DNA of 64,000 bases from Amoebophrya sp. A120 (Eukaryota; Protista; Dinoflagellata). Numbering within the stretch: the stretch's first letter is position 1; each line of letters begins with the position of its first letter. The position numbers and the translations under genes were made by a program. Below, piece after piece: positions 52,384 through 64,000 of the stretch. Under the pieces are notes generated by a model that ran no database searches, was not told where the DNA came from, and saw nothing but the letters and a program-made list of their open reading frames with translations. The stretch is from positions 15,686,142-15,750,141 of the forward strand of contig CAJINV010000001.1 in assembly GCA_905178155.1 (NCBI GenBank), given 5' to 3'.

Positions 52384-55300
52384 TCACTTCCACCTGTCTT
52401 TCAGAGTTTTGTACCTGACAAGCCTCTGGGTGACGACCCACGCCACGAAAGTTATGCCTCCGGACGTGTACAAAACCGTGAAGTCGAAAGCCTCTCCGAG
52501 TATGTCGTAGGCGTTGCTTGGTCTTACCGGGGCGAAGAACAGATCGAGGCCGTAGGCGAAGGAAAAGCTAGTGGATTCGAGGGAGGTGGGGGAGGAGGCG
52601 AATTTCGTCGTTCGCACGGGAACGTAGTAAGAAAGCACGTCGGTCGGCTGCACCACGAGGAGCGGCATGTAGGGGATCATCACGTCGTCCTTCGTCACTT
52701 GCAGGTTCTTCGGGAGGCTCTGGGTGCGTGCTTTGTCCTCGGTGCCTGTGGATTGGTGTGCGACGATTCGAGGATTTCATGTTTAAATTCAGACAGAAGT
52801 AGACCACGAAGAGCACAAAAGTGAAAAAGGGAAGGAGTGAGCTCATGTGCATCTGCTAGGATTTTTGGCAAGATCTCCAAATGATCACGCACGACCACGA
52901 GCTAAAGACAGTATAAAACATCTCCCTCACCATCGGGTAGTTTCAGTGGCCTTCTTGGGTTAAGCCACTGGTCCTTGTTCAGCTTGACGACTTGCTCCGA
53001 GTTCGCCAGACTGAACAGCACCGCTTTCTGTGTGATTCCCTTGGCTGTGGTGGTGATCCCGAGCCCCTGCACGCGGTGCGGAAAAATGAAAGTTTGGTGG
53101 ATCGCCACGGGTGTATCGAGGTGGAAAGCGCTGCGCGGGGGCGGTTCCGCGCCGAACAACAGTTTCCAAGCCCCTTGGTCCTCCTGGTTCTCGTATAGGT
53201 CCACCACGTAGATCTCGTACCTGTCGATTGATGTTTGTTGTGTCAGGATCGTCGTGATCGTAAAGAACAGCCTATTTGCTGAAAAAAAAGCAGCCACAAC
53301 TCCCTGTCCTGAACATGAACATGATGCAACTACAGCACTGCGCATAAATTTTAAAAAGTATGTCGCGCCGATAGCAGAAACATTCAACATCCCGCTCACC
53401 TAGAATTCGCTTGGCTCCAGTAATGCAACAGTGCCCAGTTTTCCGCAGTGAGGAAATTTATCGGGCCCGTTCCGCTTGGAATTCTGCCCTGATGTAAAAT
53501 TTGTCCGCTGACGGCATTCAGAAGGTACAGCGTCAACCCGCTGCCGTCGTTTTTCTCGGTTACCACCGTCACCATATTTGGATCCAAGAAGCGAAACATT
53601 ACGCTTGCGTCCCCCCTGACGTGGACCGGGACGACGTGCTGGTTCGATTTCAGCAGGCTCTCCTGGTGCCCAAGCACGGTTTCACTCAGGTCGCCAAAAT
53701 CCAAATTCCACGTCTCCTGCTTCTCCAGAGAGTCGGATTGCAGTGCGTAGCCGCTCATCTTGTTCTCCACCATATCGTACCCGTACAGACCCGTGGGGAG
53801 AGCCTGATTATATAGAAAAGATGAAACTTTGGGTGTAAGGACAGAAGTAGACAGTGATGCGTTTACGTTGCTTTAGAGTCAATGAATAAATACTATCGAG
53901 CATCATGTTTGCACGCACATCATTCAGCACGGAGCAAATCACTACCTGTGGCTCGGCCGCCTTAGTGTCTAGCTGGGTGAACACGGCCTTCGTGGCTGCG
54001 GTGGAGGTGTACATCACTCCAGTGTCGGTGATCTGCGTCAGTTTTTCCGGCACGCCGGGCAGCTGCACTTTTTTCGTCACTTTTCCCGTCCGTGGTGCGA
54101 GGAGGAACAGCACTCCACCGAGCTCCGCAACAAGCTTCTCGGTGCTGTCAGGATCGGCGGAGGGCAGCATCGCCAAACGACCCGTCGACGCGGGGGCTGT
54201 GCTTTCATCAGCAGTGAGGTAACGAGACCAGACCTAGAAGTTTCATTCATAGTCACGACATTGAAGAACTATTTCGAGGAGTGCACGAACCCTCAAGCTC
54301 TTGTGGCTGTGAGTGCTAGCAATGGCAAGAATGCAGCAAAAACATTTGTCATTGAACGGAAGAAAATTCAATCATCACTGCCATTTCGACGAAGCGATAA
54401 AACACATCACATACCAGCGCGCCCGTCGGTGCGTCTATGGCGTACACCTTGCGCGCCTCTGCGGAGAGCCCAAAGATCAGCTGGTTGCCGTCATAGGTCC
54501 GCAGCGTTTCCGCCGACTTTGGTACGGTCACCGTGGCGCCCATCACGATCGTGGGGTCGAATTTCAGCTTCGGTAGCTGCGGCTGCGCGGCAGCGGCCTC
54601 CTTGGCCTGCTTCATCGCGAGCGGCGGGACGAGAATGCCGATGATTACCTGCGAGATGTTCTCCAGCGTCTGGGCAAAGGCCGTCAGTTTCTGCGTCAGG
54701 ATCTCTGCAATGGCTTCTGGGCTGAACTTCGGGGCGGTCGTCGCCTGTTTCGGACTGCTGCTTTTTTTGTTTGCTGTCGAAATCAGGGCGTCCGAGCCAA
54801 TTCCGACGTTCCAAAACCTGGCGTCGACCAAGCTCCCCAGCCCCTCCTCTCGTGTCCACACATCCTTCCCGTCTTTCTCGACCACGCGAAGCTGGTGGCC
54901 CTGCTCGGCGTATACGAGCAACTTGCCGGACTTTTCCGCGAGGTAGGAAGGAGGAGCGTCGAGCGCGATTGCGACGCCGTAGGAATCTGTTTTCTTCTGC
55001 GCGAGCACGTCCCAAGATTGGATGGCGAGCAGACCTGGTGGTGCAGTGGAAAAATGTGGAAATCATAATTGAAGGTTCGAGAGAAGTGATCCTGCCTCAT
55101 GATGTTATTCTCAAGTGTTGGAACTGGACGTAGATTCCGATTTCGATACAAATACAACGCAGTCTACGGGCGTCAGTCCTATACCTCTGTTATCCGGTGA
55201 CTGCTCTGCGATCATGGTTTTCCTTTCATCGGTTTCGCTCGACGGTGCCCGCTGGACGGGGACAAGGGTGCTTCCCTTTGCGGTATGCAGTGTGACAACC

Positions 55301-56517
55301 TTGTTTTCACCGGTAAGACATGCCAGGCTGGACTGCCGGTTTTTATCTGCCGCCTTCGTGGACGCGATGAAGCAGTTCGTGTCCGGAAGAGGAACGAGAG
55401 CTTTGCCCGCCAGGGTCTTTTGATCACCGGAAAGCGCAACAGCCTCCCCCGTGATGCTGCTGTAAGCGGAGACGGAAGAAGAATCGAGCAACAAGGAGTA
55501 ATCTGCCAGTCGCACCACGCTCTCCTTTGCACTGCCCACATTGACTTCGCGAAAGGAAGGCCTGAGGGAGTTTTTTTTTTCAAATTGCCCAGCCTTTTCG
55601 TCGCAAAACCCTCCATGTTCTTGTTCTTGAGTGAGTATCACAAGTGGAAAACCAAAGTAGAGATAGCGAAGGGTCAGCAGCAGCAGCACGCAAAAAACGT
55701 CTGATACTTCTTTTCCGGAGACTGCGCAGTGCTGCGTATGAGTAGCCCTTTTGTGTCGATGACGGACAGTGTCTCGGTGATTTCGAACTTTCCTGATAGT
55801 GCCGCTACAGTCTCGGTCCAAAGGGGCTCGCCCTTGGAAGCACTCAAAGCGGAAAGGGCACTGGCGCCGCTTTGCGCTGAATGCGCGACCACCACCTGGT
55901 TGCCGTCAACGACCGCGAGTTTGCCCGTGGCGCCGTCACTAGAAATGCGCTTTTCCCAGACAAGCTCTCCACTTGCGGTGGCCTCGAAGCAGCTTACGGT
56001 CAAAACACCTGAGAAGTGTAAACAAAAGCTGTATTAATACAATCGTGCTGGATTCGCATAAGCGACGATCTGACTCTTTCTCTTCCAGGGAACGCGGTCG
56101 CGGAGCATCCATGCCATTACTCGCTCGGCGCAAAGACTTTTTGCTTCAGATTATTCCTTTACACTTACCTTCTGCGGCCGCGGTGGGCTCAGTCGCAAGG
56201 ATAAAGGCCTTTGCCTTGTCGTCATCTAGGGTAGCATCCAGAATGGTTCTGTTTTCCAACACCTTGCGCCATCCGAGCTTGCCCGTGCTCCATGACACCA
56301 GCGCTATCACGTTGGGCCGCGAGACGGTGAGGACAGCTTTTTTTGTGTGCAAAAACTTAAAGGGACCCCCGATATTGTGTCTGGCCCAATCCCATCGGCC
56401 AATTTCGTCCAGAAAGAGCGCGCTGGCGAGCTGGAGTGTGAGGGCCACTGAAAAAGCGGAAAATATCCTCCATCGGGTTGGCGCTCGTCGGCTGCAGAAC
56501 GCAAGCCAAGAAGACAT
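52384..56517 (-). CDS. EMC1: ER membrane protein complex subunit 1, multi-exon
   Basis: Signal peptide followed by LFLDEIGRWDWARHNIG; WTREEGL; VRGDASVMFRFLDPN; AENWALLHYW; TTTAKGITQK; LNPRRP; PYMP; TSLESTS..AYGLDLFFAPVRPSNAYDIL; C-terminal TM then LKDRWK. No TIR introns noticed. Confidence 0.92.
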
Positions 56518-57260
56518 CTTGTGGTAGCCCTAGCCGAATTATTCGGCTGGATAATTGCTGTCAACTTTACCCTGCTTACCTTGCTCAATGCACCAGCTTC
56601 AAGAGGGGCCTGGCCTCGAACAACAACAAGGTGATTAAAATTACATGCTGAAAAGACAGACTCACTTGTTTCAAAAAACCGCTAGTGTCGTCGTCGACGT
56701 GTACAACGATTCATTGTGTCGCTAAAAATTCAGATGTCGCTGTCGCTGAAATACACTTGCTCGCAATGGATCCTTCTTTCGCTCAATATTGATCAGCTTG
56801 TCATACTGACAGTTGAAAAAAAAGCCTAAGAATAGCAGAAGATCTTGAACTGCGAGATGACATTGTGATGTGTGTGGCAAAACGTAAAAAGATGATCCAT
56901 ATGCCAAGAACTTTTTCGTATGTGCTTCTGCAGCTAGATGGATCTTTTTGTTTAACGACCACAGACTTACATTTCGTTTTCTGCATCGGCGAAAAGAATG
57001 AACGTCATTGCAATGAGAGGATGTGGTCCAAGTCCTCTTTCTGATTCTCCTGTTGCGTTTTCTCAACATCGATAGTAGATTCAGTTCTGCTATTACTAGC
57101 TGAAATCTCCTGCTCCAGTTGTAGCTCGGTTTTTCTCTTATCTATCTTCGATAAAATCTCCCTGTGCGAGTGCAAGGACCTCGAAAGAAGTCTGAAGCAC
57201 TAGCTTTGAGAAAAAGTGTAACGCTAACGCCGATGGGTCCAGCACTAAATCAAATCTTCA

Positions 57261-57976
57261 TCAGACGCCAAGCGTGTTTCCCTTTCCCTGGAATGGCATG
57301 AAGCTCTGGGTTACCGGTGAAGGGGCGGTGGGCAACGTTCCATACAGTTGTGAAGTGTATGAGCCACCTGTGAGGTAGTTTTTCCAAATTTTCGTTGATT
57401 ATCGATCCATTTCGATGATGCTATCCATCCTCATGCATTTGCATCCAAAAGTAAGAAGTGAAGCTGGAGACGAAGACGAACGCACGCAAGAAAAAAAGAT
57501 ATACCACCTCCGCCCCTCCCGCTATTGCGATCATCGCCCCCTGAGGACGCATTTTGGTCGTTGTAGATCTGGTAGACCATGATGCTGACCGTGAGCATGC
57601 TGAGCATCCCGCCGATCAGGACCGCAGACACGAAGTTGCCCTCGAACCCGTTACTGGCGCCGAAGATGTGGATTCCCGGGGGCAGATGGACGATGCGGTC
57701 GATGAACTGCACGACTTCCAGGATGCCGTTGATGAAGCAAATGATGCCCCACGACATCAAGCATTGCATGTCCACACTGCTTTCCCGGAGGCAAAAGTAC
57801 CCACAAAACGCGATCAAGCCGGTCATGAAGCCGTGCATTATCTCCAGCAGCATGAACATCTGGACGGCGGAAGAGAGCGCCATCAGAGTAGCAAGCACAA
57901 AGAACGTATTTCGAAACGCCAGCGCCTTTTGCGTCGGGTAGGGGCTAACCCCCACACTGGGCAGGGGAATCACCAT
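57261..57976 (-). CDS. Small multi-pass membrane protein with C-terminal SHP-box-like (p97/Cdc48-binding) motif
   Basis: About 4 hydrophobic segments in ORF 57431-57976. GT-AG intron 57368-57504 gives a last exon ending SFMPFQGKGNTLGV*. Confidence 0.7.
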
Positions 57977-58505
57977 CTTGTTGTACCAATCGCTCTACTT
58001 AGCGGACGCAAAGAGAGGACAATCACATTTGCTCTTTCTATTCTTTCACGTTCAAAAAACCCGAGGTCTACCAATCCGAAAAGGAAAAATGAAGCACATC
58101 AAGTGAGAAATAATACAGATTCAGGTTCATCCCCTTCCCACAGAAAGGAAAACTACTCCGGATGGTAATCTATGATATCTTGCTCTTGCAGCTGGAAGGC
58201 TTTTTAGATTTAGCTTTCACTTTCTCTCGCCCTCAGCGCACGACAACTAGAACTTTCAATAGTTGTTATTTTGAAATTTGCCGACAAGCAGAACACGAAC
58301 GAGTCGATTAATCGAGGTCGAAAAAACGCTCGAAGTTTCATCATCGCGACTTGTTGATGATGGCTCAATGTACCACTAGGAACGTGCGCAATCGAGTGAA
58401 TTCTCATCCATCTACATGCATTTTTTATTTTTTTCCTGTATCTAAATCTATGTATTGGAATAAAGGACGTCGATGCCGAAAAGAAGTCAAGTGATCTTTT
58501 TCCCC

Positions 58506-59846
58506 TCACCCTTTTGCGTTTTTCGCGACCTGCTTCTGCACGCTGTCTACGTTGAAATTTTTCAACTTTTTTTCATCCTCCGAGCTGCTGGATGAATCGC
58601 TGGAACTACTTGACCCTTGCGCAATCGACGCTTTCTTCGTGGACGTAGGCGAACTTACCGGGGAGGCTGCCCGACTGCCGGATATTATGGACGACTTTTT
58701 CGCCGAAGCTGCGTCCTCTTCACTGCTTTCGTCTCCGCCTGACAGCATGTTTCTCAATTCGTCCTCAGACTGCTCTTCCTCTTTTTTCTTTTTGAGCAAA
58801 TTCGGATCGACCCAGTTGTCCAGCCCCATCATACTCGCGAAGGCGTTGCTGGTTTCGGCGGTCGGCTTTTCCTTTTTCTTCAAGTACCAGGAAGAAAAGT
58901 CCCCCAGTTCCTGCTCCAACTTTAGCAGTTTCTTCTCCTGCCCGTGGTTCACGTTCAGCAGCGAGAAGAAAATCACGGGCGGGTACTCTTCGAATCTTTC
59001 GGTTATCAAGTCGAAAAACTCCTTCATCAGCTCCTGCTCCACCTCTTCGTTCTCCGCCACATCCTTCGCCAGTGTCATGATCCGCTCCGGTAATTTTGGC
59101 TTGGTCATCGCGTTGTTCCACTCTTTCGAGACGAAACACTGCCACGGCTTTTCCAACTCCGCCATCTCGGCGGCGAGTTTGCGCAGGAAAGCGTCTACTT
59201 TTTTCTGTAATTCCCACAGCCTATCCTTACGGTCCTGTTCGTCCTCTTCGAGGACGCGGGGCATGACGGACAGCAGCGTTTCGAACACCAGCCAGAGCAA
59301 TTCGTCCAGATAGGGGTCGATCACGTATTCCTGCACTTTCAGCTGCATCCGCAGCTGTTCGACGGTCAAGAGCTGCTGGAACTGCGACTCCATCTTGATG
59401 CTGTCCTTCCCCTTCTGTCCGTGCGGCTTTTCGAGATACACATCCACCTGTTCTGTTTCGACAAAGACCGCGGGGAAGTCCTCGGCCAGCCGCTCGCAAA
59501 TGATCTCCTTCGTGCGTTTCAAGGACAAGCGGCCGCTCCGGACCACGTCGTCAAAGTCGATCAGGATGGGCGGCGGAGGCTCGAGGCCGAGCAGACCCTT
59601 CTTGTGGATCTCGAGCGCGATTCCGGACCGCATCGCCCACTCGTCCGGCCGGCCTTTCTTGTCTTCGTCGTCGTCGCCTTTCTTCCGATTTTCCTCATCC
59701 GAAGACTCCAACCCCGTGGGCCTCTTTCCTTCCAGTTCCGGAAAACTGACCTCAAACAGCCGGGCCTTCATACGTGCCTGCCGCTCCTCCTTCGTCAGCG
59801 GTACCCGCTGTTTCGCCTTCGCCTTACCTTTCGCTTTTGGCGGCAT
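58506..59846 (-). CDS. Hypothetical charged/coiled-coil protein, 446 aa
   Basis: Long ORF starting MPPKAKGKAK, E/K-rich. No family recognised. Confidence 0.7.
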   Translation of the reverse strand: MPPKAKGKAKAKQRVPLTKEERQARMKARLFEVSFPELEGKRPTGLESSDEENRKKGDDDEDKKGRPDEWAMRSGIALEIHKKGLLGLEPPPPILIDFDDVVRSGRLSLKRTKEIICERLAEDFPAVFVETEQVDVYLEKPHGQKGKDSIKMESQFQQLLTVEQLRMQLKVQEYVIDPYLDELLWLVFETLLSVMPRVLEEDEQDRKDRLWELQKKVDAFLRKLAAEMAELEKPWQCFVSKEWNNAMTKPKLPERIMTLAKDVAENEEVEQELMKEFFDLITERFEEYPPVIFFSLLNVNHGQEKKLLKLEQELGDFSSWYLKKKEKPTAETSNAFASMMGLDNWVDPNLLKKKKEEEQSEDELRNMLSGGDESSEEDAASAKKSSIISGSRAASPVSSPTSTKKASIAQGSSSSSDSSSSSEDEKKLKNFNVDSVQKQVAKNAKG

Positions 59847-60822
59847 CCTTTACAAAACCATAAGGAGAGAAAAGGTTGGAAACGAGGCGGAGCAGGCCGG
59901 AATCAGAATACTGGGTCTGGGTAAGGTAAGGCTAAGGGTAACTCAAAAAATAAAAAGGTTACGACCATCAACAGAGCTCGAAACACTGGGGGATACCTAG
60001 ATGTTCCTGCAGCGATGAAGTATGTGTGGGTGCGCTGCGTTGATCGACAGGAAAAGCAAACTCATTGAAATTTGTGCCATATATCAGTACCTAGCTTACC
60101 ATAGAGGACGAAAGGGAAGTACTTTAAAGCTTGCACGATTTTGCACGATGGTTGGAATCAGTACGATGTATTGTGGGTATCCCTGTAGACTTCGAAGTTC
60201 GCGGATTGCGCGCGCGCACGCGCACGGAACACCACGGACCGATGAAGGTGCAACATTGCAAAATTCTCTACTGTGGGAACACAACTATTCTTTCAAACCT
60301 GCGCTCGAGCTGCTTGGGCATATGTTCTTGCTGATAGTCAAAATGGGAAAATCCAGAAGCTTCGTGCTTGTCTGCTCCATCGACGCCGATCAGAGTATGG
60401 TCTTGAGAAACAGCACAGCCTTATGTGGTTGTATGTTCGGGAGAGCGTGAACGAGGTTCATTCGATATACCTGTGCTGATGAAACTATGAATTATGACCT
60501 CCTCCAAAAAGACGAACTAGCCAAAGCATCGTAAATCATACCGTGGGTAAGAAAGAGATACCAGAATCACATTCGTCGACAGAGTCACTGCTACTGCATA
60601 CAATAACGAAGAGCACTATCATGTACACTAGTCACGAGCAGTGTAGTACAACTGAAATATTTGAAAAAAAGAAAACTCTTGGGAATAGTGAGAGCAAAAA
60701 AGATCTTTGGGTGTGTTATTCGTGCTAATATGCTGCATTTGGTATATAGTAGAGCCGGGAAAACCAGGGCGAGGCTATATGTATCTGTGAATACCGCAGT
60801 AGCAGTACTAGTACTAGGTAGA

Positions 60823-63800
60823 TCACAGCACTTTATAGTCCCGCTTGACTCCCTGCTTCCAGTCCTGCGTGGGTAGTTTTACCGACAGGTAGACGTCCTT
60901 TTCCTTCCTTGTCTCTACGTTGTCGAACTCGAAGTCTCCCCAGAAGCGGAAAAAGCCTTCTCGCTTCTCGTTGTCAAACACCATTGCACACAGTGTTGCG
61001 GAGTAGTCCTCTTGGAAGGTTGGGTCGTTCAAGTGCTCTTGCAGGGTCAAACTGGGAATGGGCCGCAGCAGTGGCGGCTCGCCGAATAGATGGAAGAGGT
61101 CAGAGACGAGCACGCCATTTGCGGCTGGTCTCTGTTTTCGTGTCCTCGCGAGAAAGTCCGTGCTGTGCTTCACGCGCCACTTGGAGTTCGACGGTTTCTG
61201 TAGTTGTTTTTTTTTCAAACAAAATCACACACCAAATGAGCAGCGCTCTAGCCGTCGTGGTCGCACTAGCTACTCTTCACAAGGATCATGACACCGCGGG
61301 GGTCCGTGACAGCAACTACTAAACGAACCAAGAACTACCGGGAAAGTAGATTTTATTCAACGACAACGACAAGCATGAGTGGGGTAACAATTGATTCAAC
61401 TAAGTCGGATCGCCGACTTAGTCGTCCGTCCGGCCGCACGGACGACTAAGTCGGACTTTGTCGCGGGAAACTTCCTCCTTCAGGAAATCGAAGAGCCGAG
61501 AACCCCGACCCGGGGTCCTGCCGTTCCAGCATCTGAAAACCGTATGAGAAAGTGCACTTTTGTAAGCGGATTTTTGCGCTTTTGGCGTGTTTTTTTTTTC
61601 AGGGGAGCATTCCGAAAAAAAATGGCAAATGCTGTTTTTTCTGCATGACAGTTTCTGTTTATGCATGAGAGATTAGCCCTTTCTGCAATTGAAAAAAACT
61701 AATTTTCCTTCATTTCCTGCAAAAGCAAAAAAAAGCGAAAGTCCGCATTTTTCATTTGAGTACTTTTTTCATCTGGAAAAAGTGCAACCTTTTTCAGCTT
61801 CGCATTCACACTCGGCTCGGGGGGGTTGCGCGAATCCCCAGCTCGGGGGGGTTGCGCGTTCGCCAGACGCGCAACGAACGCGAAACCCCCGGAGCTGGGA
61901 ATTCGCGCAACCCCCCGAGCCGGGAATTCGCACAACCCCACCGAGCCGAGCTGGGAATGAAGCTGAAAAAGATTGCACTTTTGAAAGTGCGGGCTTTTGC
62001 TTGCGAACGCGCAACCCCCCCCGAGCTGGGAATGTGAAGGCGAAGCTGAAGAAGGTTGCACTTTTTCCAAATGAAAAGTGCGGACTTTTGCTTTTTTTTG
62101 CTTTTGCAGGAAAGGAAGAAAAGTTTGCTTTTTTTATTGCAGAAAGGGATAATCTGTCATGCATAAACAGCAACTGTCATGCATAAAAAGTAGCTCTTGC
62201 CATTTTTTTTCGGGATGCTCATGCCCACCCGAAAAAAAACACACCAAAAGTGCAAAAATCCGTTTACAAAAGTGCATTTTCTCATAAGGTTTTCGCGTGC
62301 TGTAACGGCAGGACCCCGGGTCGGGGTTCTCGGCTCTTCGATTTCCTGAAGGAGGAAGTTTCCGCCCGCGGCAAACTCCGACTTAGTCGTCCGTGCGGCC
62401 GGACGGACGACTAAGTCGGCGATCCGACTTAGTTGAATCAATTGTTACCCCACTCCAATGAAAAATTAATCCTACCATGAGTGTCATGTCCTTTCCCACG
62501 GGCGGCGGCCCGATGGTTTCCGGATTGTACTGCAGGTGGTTTCCGTGCACGATGGTTCCCCCCTGCACCGGGTGTGCCTCCTCCACCACGAAGGTGGAAT
62601 TGGACACTTCCGCGGAGTAGATGTACCCCGGGTCCGAGATGGTAAAGCAGTTCGGAATCCCGATTAGATCCTGGATGTACACGGCGTGCAGATACGCCAG
62701 TGCGTGCTTCGCCGAGGGCAGCAGCAGCATCTCCCGGATCAGCGTGTTGGTCACCACCGCCTCGCAGCCGGAAACCTGGCCGCGCTCCCCGTTGTCGATG
62801 TACTGCCAGAGCACGGACACGCCGTAGGCGTTGAGCCCCATGTAGGCGCCCTGCCCGGGGTGGGTGTAGATCATGGACGCGCAGGGCTCCAGGAACAGGC
62901 CCTGGTGGAAGGACAGCTCCTTCGAAGTGAACAGAATGTTCATCTTGCGCATCTCCTGCATGAAGTTGTCCAGGTTCGCGGACAACATGGGGATCAGGAA
63001 GTCCGTCACGCGCTTTTTGCACCACGTCTCCAGCCGGTTCTGGTCGTCGATACTCATCTTGTTCAGCGCCGGCGTCTGCCCGTTTCCGGACTCCTCGGAC
63101 CCGATGGAATTCCGGGCGTGCTCCGCGGCGGACTCCGTGCCGGACTCCAGTTCGGATTCGAGGGACCGGTTCGAGGACAGAATCACCACGTCGTGCTTCC
63201 CGTCGTCGAAAAACGCAGGAGACTCATCGTTCGTTTGTCCACTGATCACACGGTGGTTGGGGTGCATGCCGCCGTACAGCGTGGCGATTCCCGTGCAGCC
63301 CACGTCGAAGTCGTTGCGCTCGTATGACCCGTACCTGACCGCGTCGGTGCGGCGGCCCGCCTGTGAGAAAGTCAATTGCTCGATAGAGAGGCGAATCAAA
63401 ACAAACTTGGAAACTAGAATTTCGGTTGAGAAGCAAACACAGATAGGAATTTGCCATGCTCAAGTGAACGATATGTTGAGCAGTAAACTGTACTCGAGAT
63501 TTCACTATGAGTCTGCCAGTTTCGATACAAAAAAAAAGTTGTCTCACCGAGCTAACGATGGTTCCGACGGTCGCGTTGCGCTCGATTACTAGTAGGTCGT
63601 CCTGCTCGCCCTCTGCGTTCTCCGGATGACTTGCTAGAGGCGGCCGGCCACCATCCAAGGAGGCTTTTGAGGACGTCGTCTTCCCAGCAAGCAGCACGGA
63701 GCCCCCTCCACCATAACTGTCGATCCCGGAAGGCAGCGATCGCCTCATGGTAGCCGTCATCCGGCTGTCTTTCGACACGGAGGGTGGCAGGTTGGCTACG

Positions 63801-64000
63801 GCGGACCCGACATCATGATCAACTTCGGTGGACGCCAGCCGCGAGATGTCGCTGTCGTGCATGTGGCGACCCCCCGCGGTGCGGCCCCCCGGCACGCCGC
63901 CGTAGTACTCGGTGCTGGCGAACCGCGAAAAGTGGCTGTCGTCGTCCCGTGCGTGCACTTTCCCATGCCGCCCGTCCGGCTGTTGTTGTCCGGCAAGTTG
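60823..64000 (-). CDS. C45 family (Ntn-hydrolase, acyl-CoA:6-APA acyltransferase-like) domain protein; 5' end outside the window
   Basis: DVGCTGIA (Cys nucleophile), ISGQTNDE, GLNAYGVSV, IVHGNH, SNSKWR, TLCAMVFD. GT-AG introns at about 63361-63547 and 61198-62475 are in frame, and the frame stays open to base 64000. Confidence 0.7.
61377..62455. mobile_element. 1.08-kb foldback (long-palindrome) element inside a canonical intron
   Basis: The outer 79 bp are a perfect inverted repeat (GAGTGGGGTAACAATTGATTCAACTAAGTCGG...). The arms stay alignable almost to the centre, as shown by mirrored ORFs 61391-61648(+)/62157-62441(-) and 61689-62186(+)/61769-62173(-). No clear TSD. Confidence 0.88.

Noticed and set aside
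61391-62441. Mirrored ORF pairs inside the foldback
   Set aside because: These are a by-product of the palindrome, with no recognisable domain or transposase motif.

Overview
Eukaryotic, gene-dense 64-kb window in which all 16 gene models I can support lie on the minus strand. The unidirectional gene block, divergent proteins and two coexisting intron types point to a syndinian dinoflagellate such as Amoebophrya; this is an inference, not a database result. Recognisable genes: a highly divergent myosin head, a short MAD1-like protein, M18 aspartyl aminopeptidase, a leishmanolysin/GP63 (M8) surface protease, a DDX3/DED1-type DEAD-box helicase, EMC1, an FkbM-like methyltransferase-domain protein, a C45/Ntn-hydrolase-like protein and a ~2,440-aa protein with a 2H phosphoesterase domain. 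The main signal is 17 short (109-332 bp) elements inserted inside coding sequences. Each has terminal inverted repeats (TAT[C/G]...[C/G]ATA) and a 5-bp target-site duplication. Removing the element plus one TSD copy restores the reading frame, although no GT-AG boundary pair was found in the cases I examined. Copies of the same family occur in both orientations relative to the transcript, and unrelated families share a repeated internal motif GCAT(G/C/T)ACA. This looks like a transposon-derived, orientation-independent non-canonical intron system operating alongside ordinary GT-AG introns. A 1.08-kb foldback element sits in a canonical intron near the end of the window.
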